Origin: Torpedo marmorata
Taxonomy: Eukaryota
Assembly: GCA_977017645.1 (NCBI GenBank)
Contig: OZ360227.1
Span: 101,680,001 to 101,744,000, forward strand
DNA: 64,000 nucleotides
Reading direction: 5' to 3'
The stretch's first letter is position 1, and every line of letters starts with the position of its first letter. This document shows positions 41,121 to 50,892 of this stretch, one piece after another. The notes below the pieces were generated by a model. That model saw only the letters and a list, made by a program, of their open reading frames with translations, was not told where the DNA came from and ran no database searches. The position numbers and the translations under genes are program-made.

Positions 41121-42613
41121 CAAACAAGAAGGAAGTCTGGCTCAATTCAACAAGCAAAATCGAAAGACTTTGATGTTCAAAGGGTATTTGTATGTTTTTT
41201 TCGGGAATATTTTCCGTTTTTTAAGTGGTTCACGGTTTAGGATATAAACTATGAACACTTCTGTTATCTGAATTTATCAATTATACATTGGAGACATGTA
41301 TAGAACACATGCAAAACGTTTATATAAATAGAAAACGAATGTGCGCACTCATTTAACATCACAATTATTCTCTGTTGTGATGTATTAGAAAATTGTGCGG
41401 GTCTCAAAATTTCATGCGATCATTCCAATAATATAAATTTCTTCCAGATAATTCAACACGTTTTGTTGCATAAATCATATATTTTGTATTGGAATAAGTG
41501 TGTTGAATCACAACACTTTTACTTCATATTAATCCCAAAACGTAAGTAAAAAATAGCCGATAGGGTAAAAATCCTACATATTCCCAATAATTATTATAAC
41601 TTCGCAATTCTTATTGCAATCTTTACTCCAGCCGTTTAGAAATTGTTAAGACCCGAAGAAATATTTTGTTAGGTTAAAAACCTATATCCAATGTCACATT
41701 TATATTCATTACACGTTTCAACAAAATTTACAAAGACTGCAGTGTTATTTTCGTATAATATTGAACTAAGCTTATTTACTCAATGATCATATACTTTTAC
41801 AGAGAAACGGCTTCACAAAGTTTGCAGTTCTACTTTCATTTACAAACACGTGATCCATCTTTTACTGTCTTTGCTTTCTATTTTCATCGGCCATTGATTT
41901 AATAAATAAATAAAAAATAAGATTTTAAATTATTTTCTATATTATTTCCTTTCATGACCAGTTAAATCGGTGCCAGTCACAACAGAAGCAGTAACCGAGA
42001 ACCTCAGCAGAAACGCGCTACGCACTTCTTCCTCATTGTGAAATTCAACTGCACGGTAGCGTTCCCCGAATTTACGCTCGAGCTGATCAGAATATTTCAA
42101 TTAGACTTGTTGCAAGATCTGATCAATATGTATACTGAGGTCATTACCAACCCGATATGCACAAATATGGGAAACGAATGGTGCAGATTGCAAGGACTGC
42201 ACTTTCGGTCCCGTCGTCTGTCTCCGGAGGGATAGTTTCACAGTGCAGCAACTCTATTTTAGACGCATCGAATCATATGCAGGGAAACTGCGACATCAAT
42301 AAATGTAATATTTGGAAACAGTATTTGCTTTTTTCTGTTTGATTAATTGGCGAATTATATAATGTTTGATTGTGATCCCGAACAGAACAAATAATGAAGG
42401 CAATGAAACGATGTCAAAACACTGACTGCATTGAGTCTGAATAATTTGGCAAAGATCCGTCCTTTGTCGCAGTAATACTTAACACACTTGGATTTCAGTT
42501 ATCTGTTGCTGGGTGTGTTTTCTGTGATTAAGAATGGGCACTCCCTGCTCTACATATGTAAATGTATGAGGACACAGAGAAATAGGATTACCATATTATT
42601 TGGCTACTGAACA

Positions 42614-42647
42614 CCCCCCCCCCCTCTCTCTCTCTCTTTCGAGCGCG

Positions 42648-42694
<47 letters not shown>
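42614..42694. repeat. Compound (C)n(CT)n(CG)n(CA)n microsatellite
   Basis: Direct reading. Confidence 0.97.
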
Positions 42695-42697
<3 letters not shown>

Positions 42698-43294
42698 GAC
42701 AAACACACGTGCAAAATTTAGGTTGAAATAGTATTTGATTTATAGGTTGTGAGGAAATATAATTACAGTGTTTACAGGGTCGTCCTATAGAGTTGGCAAA
42801 TCGAGTTGTTTATGTTCATTTGCCTGATACCGTTCAGTGGGTACATTAGAAAATGGAGCTAAAATCTTGCAAAACAATTCATGCAAAAAATAGTACACAA
42901 TCGGGATCTGGGCCCACTGTCCATTGTACTATGAATTTGCACAGATCTCCGATTATTAGAATGTTTTCAGGATGATAGTTTCCCCGTAGTACTATATTGG
43001 GCCTAGACTGAAGGAGTTCTAAACCTAAGTACGTCATTAAATAGATATGGAAATATATAACTTGAGATGAATTAAGTTTAAACGGAAAGATATGCAATAT
43101 TTTTATGTAACTTTTAGATTAAATGTCATAACAGTGGGGTTGGTTTCACTTATGGTTTTGAATGTTGATTTATGATTTTCTCTTTGATTCTGGGCTTAGA
43201 TCGTAAGTGCCACAATCAAACTGATTGTCCAGCACTCCTTAATCTAATATTGCAGCAGTCCAATAAGTAAGCCGCGTTGATACTGTGGAAAAAA

Positions 43295-43409
43295 GAAACC
43301 AGTTCGGGCCCTACATACTAATTTTTTGATGATTTTTCGTTTTGCAGCGCGTTGGCCATTGTAATAAATTTCGGAGAAGATCGCGATCTGGAAATTCGTT
43401 TGTCAGTCC
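43295..43409 (-). pseudogene. Candidate decayed homeobox, putative HoxD6 pseudogene exon 2
   Basis: Minus strand GGA CTG ACA AAC GAA TTT CCA GAT CGC GAT CTT CTC CGA ... ATT ACA ATG GCC AAC GCG CTG CAA AAC GAA AAA .. ATC AAA ... TGG TTT aligns by eye to ELEKEFH(F)NRYLTR...IEIANAL..TERQIK.WF. Confidence 0.55.
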
Positions 43410-45709
43410 TGTAAAGAGTGAGCAATTTTCTGGGATAGCAGTGAATTAATCACTGATATATACTAGATTAAATATCTGGGATTCGGATTTGGAGTTGTTT
43501 ATGTTTATGTATATGTTTTTTAAAAATGTAAATAAGCACGATGAATTAAAAGACAGTCAACGTTGTTGAAAGTCAAATGACCTTTTGTCACAGATGTTAA
43601 CTGAAAATATTTCAATTAAAAGAGAATTTTTGCAATTTCATTGAAATTGGTTATTACCATTGAACGTTGTCGCTTTACTATTGAAGGGATATAGTGAACA
43701 AATTTCTTCACATTTAAGTTTCCAAATAGAATTCTGGATGTTGAGCTAATAGCAGACACACAAACATATATACATCCAGAGATAGCGATATTTACCATTC
43801 AGAAATGTCAGAACCTTTCGGTTGGGTAACCTCATATAAACAGCCCCATCTTAAAATCGTCAGTGGAGGCGTGATTTGGAAATATGTACTTCTGAATTAA
43901 ATTTATAATGACGATTTACATTTTTGTTCGGATTTTTTTAACCAAATAATTTCCCATTAAGAGACTTGATGTCTCCCATGAGGAGACATCAAGTAGGCTT
44001 TTTCACGCAATTCTAAAAACGGACAGCATTTACTCCGTGCAAAACAGATTTAGTTTCACAAGAAAAATTTAACAAATATTTAACGTTCATTTTTTTAAAA
44101 CGAGGGACAAGGTCTTAATTAATAGAGGTTGCACGAGAATGTTTTCCTGTAGCGAAGGCAGACATGTTGAGCATTATGTGAAAATACATTGTAGAAAATT
44201 ATTGAAGCCAACCACTGCTTGACAATTGAGGTGCAAATGAAACTGCTTTCTCCATAAAGCAAAATATTAAATATTGTGCACTATATTGTCGCCATCCTGA
44301 CATAATTTAATTTTTTTTCTTGTGAGATATGCCTTAAGTAGATAATATGTATTTACGTGTTTATCTTGTGATTTAAAATGGTCACAATATTTTTAAACGT
44401 TTATTTGGTTCCAGCAATACTTTGTGACCTAATTTTTAGTGGTTAGTGTTTCGTTTCGACAACGTACCTGTCGGTCTGTCCAATAGATACAGATAGAAAA
44501 GGAGTATTTAATAATTTATCATTTGCAAACAGATACAAGTTGCCATCGGTAAATTAATATCTATATAATTATACGCTACATGGGTCATGTTGATATATTA
44601 TCTTTTTATTCGTTTCCTATAAATAATTTGGTGTCAGCAAGATGAATTGGTTTATAGTCGAATAATATCGACTTTCAAGTGCATGCAACTAGAAACTTCT
44701 TCCTTCATCTCTGACGCAGAATGATGAACAATTGTTTCCGAATATTCAATCAGCGGAAATACATACAACTGGCTGAGAAATAAAAACAGAAATATCCACG
44801 TTACTTTTCTGCCTGTGTTGCACTTATTTCCCCAGCAGGCAGTTTCAATTAATAATTAATATTGAAAAATAAGAAATAAATTGCGATATTTCATGTGCTG
44901 TATTGTGAAGTTATGAACATGATGTTGGAACTTTTTATACCAAATAAGAAACATTTAACAAATTGAATAGTTTTTTATATACAATACAAATGTATGAACA
45001 ATCGCAAATCGGCAGTTCACTCTGACAAAAAAAGTATAAATATCCATGACTCTCGTCATTAACATATTGAAAGCGTGTCTGATGTTAACCGCAGGAAAAT
45101 TATCGTAAGAGTACTCCTCATTTGCGCAAACTGCTGTCACGTGGTAAAATATTATTAAAATGTTAACTAAACGTTTGCTCCAAAATCCCATAGCTCTCGA
45201 TATTTCTAAAGCCAGTGATCGCCGCTCGGACTTATTAGGATCATTAACACAAATCCATCACTCATTGCTCCAGCTTTACATCTGAGAGAGCAACCTTCAT
45301 ACACTCGGCTGCAGGATAGAAAATAGCATGCAAAGCCATAGATCAGCAAAAACAGACTGAAGCTAACAACCACTGAAGTAGTTCACCAGGCAACCTTTCC
45401 GCAAGATAACAACAATCAGAGAGCCATCACTAATAAAAGTAACGAAATCAAAAAGTCTTGAATGAACTAGACAATCCGATTAATCGCCACAGGAGATGTT
45501 AGATGCAAATGTCAGCCGTCTTGTAAGCAAGGCTGTCATCAGAAAGATAGGCACGGATCACAACTCCCCGTCTCATGGCCGAAAATAAATGTTTAATTAA
45601 TCTGCCGCACAGCCTCCGTTTATACTGAATCGACCACCGGGACCTAGTTAGAAAGCGCCATTTGAAAATCAGTCTTGCCCTCGACCTGACAACCAGCTGC
45701 CTCGAACTC

Positions 45710-45821
45710 AACCAGTGAATACAACGTCGTTGCCTCCCATTATAACACGTCTATCTGCAGCCCAACAGACAAGAGCAAGGGACTTACCTGTTTCATGACG
45801 CTTCCCCAGAATAGGAATCAT
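45710..45821 (-). pseudogene. Candidate decayed Hox6-type exon 1 start
   Basis: ATGA-TTCCTATTCTG resembles codons for MSSYFV; GGCAACGACGTTGTATTCACTGGTT resembles codons for GQLPLYSSG with single-base gaps. Confidence 0.35.
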
Positions 45822-46182
45822 GTTGATTTTGTATTCCATTTGTACCGTTTCGATTATCAAAATAACTTAAAATAGGCAAAGCGAACTGCAGGGTGAATGA
45901 GAGACTGTAACAGACGTCACAGGTCTGTGAGAGAGATCAGATTGCTGAATCCCAGCATGTGTCGAATGACTTCCTCATAGTTATACAGAAAAGGATTGAA
46001 CACCGAGAGTAGAGCGGAAAGCCTCTCTTTTTTTCCCAAGCAGCTGGCGCCAAATACCCACGACAAAAGCAGCCAAGGAGAGATACCGACAGAAAAGACG
46101 GTTTGAGACGAGTTAGCAGCGGAATGCAGTGAAATATTCACAAGGGAAATCATGAAAAGGCCATGAACGCAGTTACTTGATT

Positions 46183-46227
46183 CACATGACCAAAACTAGC
46201 CAATGGGAGCGCCGACGCCCTCGTAAA
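46183..46227 (-). promoter_or_regulatory. Orphan Hox-type promoter module (E-box + 11 nt + CCAAT, TCGTAAA)
   Basis: cacatg-accaaaactag-ccaat...ctcgtaaa; no intact gene within 5 kb downstream. Confidence 0.55.
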
Positions 46228-47025
46228 AGGTCCATTACAAAGTTGTAAATTTTCTTCAAACAAAAAGGAATTCGCAGCAATTCCTTGCGGATTTCGCAAG
46301 TACAGCTTGCAAGCGCCATGTTTCCTTTAACGAGTTCTTGGCTACAGCTATTTGTTATACAGTATAACATACATTGTAACGAACATTCTAACCAACTATA
46401 GAGGCGGAAGTGCAGCAACAGCGTAAACACGAAGGGAAATAACTCTCATGACAGTGGGTACTTCACAACACAAAACCCTGCAATTTGATAACCTAGGACA
46501 CTTTTAGTTCAGGTTTTCAATGCGTGAAGTATAACGTTTTTTTTTCGAAAACAACTCCTTGCATGTTTGATTCACATTTCCCAATGTTGGTAATTATGAA
46601 TCAGACGGCTTCTGATTTTGCTTTGACATGATTTCCTGATCCCTTTGATTTGACCGAACTAAGAGTAGGAAACAAGCGAACATGAAGCACGTTTGGCCAC
46701 TGAGTTAAATCTGACCATGGCGCCTGCCTTCATTCATACAAAACCCTGTAATGCAAGCTGTGTGACAACTTACCATAAATGTTCCATTGTGCGTTCTGCA
46801 CAGGTGAGAAAGAGGAGGTTGGTTCTCAGCGTGTGAAATTATCTGGTTACATATTAAGCCCCCTATTTCATTTTGCCCCTCCTGTTTTCAGTGTTGGAGA
46901 TAAAACAAAACGAAGCAACACATCCACGCTTTCAAAAGTAATGAAGTTAAAATGATTAAAATATAGCTGCGTTCTGGGTAAATATATTTAGCGCTCATGA
47001 AAAGTGTAAAATGTTTAAATGCGTT

Positions 47026-47290
47026 TGATCCGCAATTGTTCTCCTCGCTACAAGCACAAAGCTCGGCAGCAAATTCATATGAATGTTTGCACTATGATGC
47101 TGCCGCAAAAACCGAAATTCATCACTTGTTCATGACAATAAATTCTGATTCTGAACAAATTAGTTCGGGGAGAAGCAGACGTCGGTCGGTATTTGGCATC
47201 CTCCCCTTGTTGTATGTGTTCCGTAGGGTTTGATATGTAGAAGGTAGATAATCTAATCGTCTCTGGACCAATGCTTCGAAATAATTCTAT
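47026..47290 (-). pseudogene. Candidate decayed homeobox, putative HoxD7 pseudogene exon 2, split by a retroelement tail
   Basis: In order on the minus strand: acceptor ttttctccatag, GGT CCA GAG (GPE), TAT CAA ACC CTA (YQTL), AAATACC-GACC-GACGT (RYLTRR-like), then past the insertion GCT GCC GAG CTT TGT..AGC GAG..ACAATT..GATC (A..LC.SE.QI.I-like); many indels required. Confidence 0.38.
47076..47154 (+). mobile_element. 3' tail fragment of a LINE/SINE-like retroelement
   Basis: Ends catgacAATAAAttctgattctga (polyA signal plus short tandem tail); flanked by caaatt on both sides; same tail architecture as the 56891 element. Confidence 0.65.
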
Positions 47291-47584
47291 GGAGAAAATA
47301 TACAAAAGTCCGCTGGAAACTAAACGTAACTCATGACCAGCGATGCGACATTAAAATGTTAAACTTTTCAAATTCTATTACTTCTTATTCCAAAAATCAT
47401 TTTTCTGGCGTGGGATGTGGATGTTGGAGTGTGGGCAGGATGTGCTGGAGCATTTTCTGCAAATTACCCATTTAAAAAAATAATGATGGATTGAAGAACC
47501 AAAAGGATCATTTGCACGGATTTACAGAGTTTTGTTTTAATTCATGTCTCTAAATATCGGACAATGTTTGAATATCGTTGTTTT

Positions 47585-47586
<2 letters not shown>

Positions 47587-47665
<79 letters not shown>
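47587..47665. repeat. (CT)n(AT)n microsatellite
   Basis: Direct reading. Confidence 0.97.
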
Positions 47666-47670
<5 letters not shown>

Positions 47671-48940
47671 TTCATACATACATACGTATATATGAAATGT
47701 AACGCGCTGTCTCTGCAGGTTAATTCCCCTCAAAACTGCTTGTTGTTTTCATCATTCATTCCTCCAGTAAGATTTCTATCATCTAATAAGATCACGACGA
47801 GATCCCGATCTAGTGCCATTGTACAACCCGTCGGAGCTTCTCATACAGCGAAGACCAATAACTGAGCCACTAATGTATAAGACCAACAAACGCAAAATAA
47901 CTCTATTTCATTATGTGGTTTGGAATTTGATTTGAGTGATGGTGATTGTCTAGATTCTTTCTGAAAGGAGGGTTATATCAGAAACACTACTGGGGTAACA
48001 CGGGTGTCCACACTATTTGGGAATTGTCATTAGAATGTCCGAATAAGTGTTAAATAAGGTGCTTTATAATTGTACAAATAACATTCCCATTCGAGAAGAC
48101 AATTACGAAAGAGAAATCTTAATATTCTTACATTTTTTTAATAGAATCGTTTGTTTGCTTGGTTAACTGGGACCACACTGCTATTGTTTGAATTAGATCA
48201 AATGTGTTTAAAATAAAATGAAGCTAGTTTTTTTTATTGATACATATAAAATGCTGCATAAATCTTCGCAGCAAAGTTTGCATATGAGTCTCTTCTCATT
48301 TTGAAGTAGTTAATTGATCTTCAAATTGGCAACCGTGCCTGGCAGAATTAGGACATTGTGAGACTATGACGCCCAGTTATGCATTATATCAATTAATTGA
48401 ATTACATGTCTGAAAATTGTTTATGAATTTATCTTAACATCATTGCAATATCACAGTGGATTCTGGTATCTGCTGTTAATAACATGATACTACGAAGTAA
48501 CTATGTATTTAGTTGTTATGTAACATTGGTCTGTTATTCCTACCCCTCCTCAGAATCATTTCCTGTTTATCGTTTTGTTCAGCCTTACCATGACATTGTA
48601 ATTTGTACATAAAGGTGGACATCGAAAATTATCTATTCCTTTTCTAAGGGTTTATATGGAGCTTGCGCGCTGATCCTGTTAAAGTTGATCGTTGGTTATG
48701 TAAAGTCTAATGGGGAAAATGGAAGGTTATTCGACAACTGTAGATTCTGTTTGCGCCTCCAGCCTGTAAAGCGGAGAAGAATAAATTGGAACCTAGAAGT
48801 CTTCACTTTGCCGAGTGATTTGTAGTATTAGAATTTTATTGTCGGTTTTACGAGATTTGCTGATATAGGTGTACAGTTGACCGCAGTTTTACACAAAACA
48901 CTGACTGTTAAAGCGTCCTTTTAGCCACACATGAACCAGG

Positions 48941-48961
48941 CATGTGATTTAACTAGCCAAT
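48941..48961 (-). promoter_or_regulatory. Second orphan E-box + 10 nt + CCAAT module
   Basis: catgtg-atttaactag-ccaat; shares aactagccaatgg with the 46183 module. Confidence 0.5.
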
Positions 48962-49545
48962 GGCCACTCGAAGAACATTTAACTTAAGGCATAGATAAAC
49001 TAATATTCTCATCATTAACTTTTATAACTACATGTAAAAACACACCATCTTCAGTTTTTTTTCGTCCAGCGACCAGAACAGCCTCGCTGTGTAGCAGACG
49101 GACACCTTGTGACCGCAGAGGTAAACAAAACTCAAATACATTCGATTTAATCTCCTCGAAGCAGCCACAGAACCCTAGCTGCAGCGATCTCGGCTGATTG
49201 TCTCAATCAACCTATAATGATTCTCTATCAAGCACGCGTTACTTTTATTTTCTTTGGGACACTGGTCATAAAATGAAACAAGTACACAGTTAAATTTAAT
49301 CAACATTTATTAATTTAATCACATTCGACCATCATAAAAAGTGACTATTGCTGCGGAATACCTTTTTTTTTGCTTATGTTTATTAACTGCGTTTCGGAAA
49401 CAGGTAATTGTTGAGAATTTCCAGTCGCAATACACCACCAATTAGTTTACACGCACAGTAATTAAGACACATCGCAAGTGCACTGTTTTTTTTCTCTATC
49501 ATTAATTAAGTGTGTTCGTAATACATTCCAAATAATCCATTCTAT

Positions 49546-49566
49546 TAGGCAGTTCATGTTGTTGGG
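49546..49566 (-). promoter_or_regulatory. Near-perfect miR-196 target site in the presumed HoxD8 3' UTR
   Basis: mRNA strand CCCAACAACATGAACTGCCTA versus miR-196a UAGGUAGUUUCAUGUUGUUGGG: one G:U pair and one bulged miRNA U. Confidence 0.9.
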
Positions 49567-49951
49567 TGTAATCACAATGCTAAATAAAATCAACAAACTA
49601 AATTAATCACAATTTCATTTATATTTCCTCCTATTAAAAAGCAATAAAATCTTTATTCAAATGGCTATTACTTCTGGGATATTGCAACTTTCCACTTTTG
49701 AAGGGAGTTGCAAAATTCTATGCGACAGTTGATACTATATTTGCCAGGGTTTGATCGAAAAGGTTAAAATGATGCACACAGACCTCATTAGAAAGAATGT
49801 GGAATTAAGGCTCGAAAGAACTTCAAAAACTGTGGACTGTTTACACCAAACTAACCATCAATGTGCTGGAGGATTCAATCTGATCAACACGTATAACAGT
49901 GGAATTGGCACAAACTGAATGACGTTGCTCTCTGAGGCCAAAGGGGTAAAG

Positions 49952-50247
49952 TTACTTGGTCTCTTTCTCTGTTGTGTCCTGCTCAGGCTCTTCCTGTTCT
50001 TTCTTGACCTCTTCCCCCTCATCGTCGTTCCGAGAGGTTGGGAACTTGTCCTTGTTGTTTTCCTTTTTCCATTTCATTCTCCTGTTTTGAAACCAAATCT
50101 TCACTTGTCTCTCAGTCAGTCCCAGAGCATGAGAGACTTCGATCCTTCGCTTTCGAGTCAGATACGGATTGAACAAGAATTCCTTCTCCAGTTCCAGGGT
50201 TTGGAATCGGCTGTAAGTTTGTCTCCCTCTGCGTCTACCAGGCGCTG
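49952..50247 (-). CDS. hoxd8: HoxD8 exon 2 (homeodomain)
   Basis: [70 protein letters not shown]; TAG-CAG tandem acceptor (alternative start 50244); joined CDS 240 aa. Confidence 0.97.
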
Positions 50248-50465
50248 CTAAACAACACGAGAAACACAAAAAACAATAAAGATTGGGTACAATGCACAAA
50301 ATGAAATAATAATCACAGACAAGAGCAACGACTTTTGCTTTGCTCGGCAATGTTACATAAAGAAACAGTCCCTATTAGTGCGATTACTACAGATAGCATT
50401 AAACACCTTGGCGGCAGAACTGAGCAGCAAAACGTGAGATGGAAACTAATTTTAATATATCCAAC

Positions 50466-50892
50466 CTTGAGGTCTCATCCAGGGAAACATTTGAGTAGGA
50501 GACGAGTTCTGATTTAAGTGCTCTGGTTCTTCGCCAATATTACTGCCGGACGATTTACAGTCAGGATATTGTACCAGATCGGCCTCTTGCTGTGTCGTAA
50601 AAATTTGCTGTCTTTGTAAGTTATCGTATCCGTAAAATTTAGAGGGGTCACCATGACACGTAATTCCACAAGGATTCTGTTGAAAGCCAGTATTAGGAAG
50701 TGCTGATGTCCCATGATGGTAAAATTCTTGAACTTGAGCTGGGTGCTGGAAGCTCGCGCCGCTGCTGGGACCATAGACCACAGCGTGTCTGCTAGTCACG
50801 TCCTGTGGAAACCGGCAGTCGTAGTAAGTGGGACTTAGGGCTTCTCCTGGCTTGTACTTGGAGTAAAATGGATTTACAAAATATGAACTCAT
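50466..50892 (-). CDS. hoxd8: HoxD8 exon 1
   Basis: [14 protein letters not shown]...[30 protein letters not shown]...[13 protein letters not shown]; donor CAAG|GTTGGA. Confidence 0.97.

Noticed and set aside
49546-49566. A miR-196 gene on the plus strand
   Set aside because: No complementary arm for a hairpin; it is the target site read on the opposite strand. I saw no miR-196 hairpin between HoxD9 and HoxD10
49919-50251. Antisense or alternate-frame ORFs over Hox exons (also 7393-7653, 11112-11417, 31015-31352, 58205-58435, 62929-63177)
   Set aside because: Shadow ORFs explained by codon structure of the real exons
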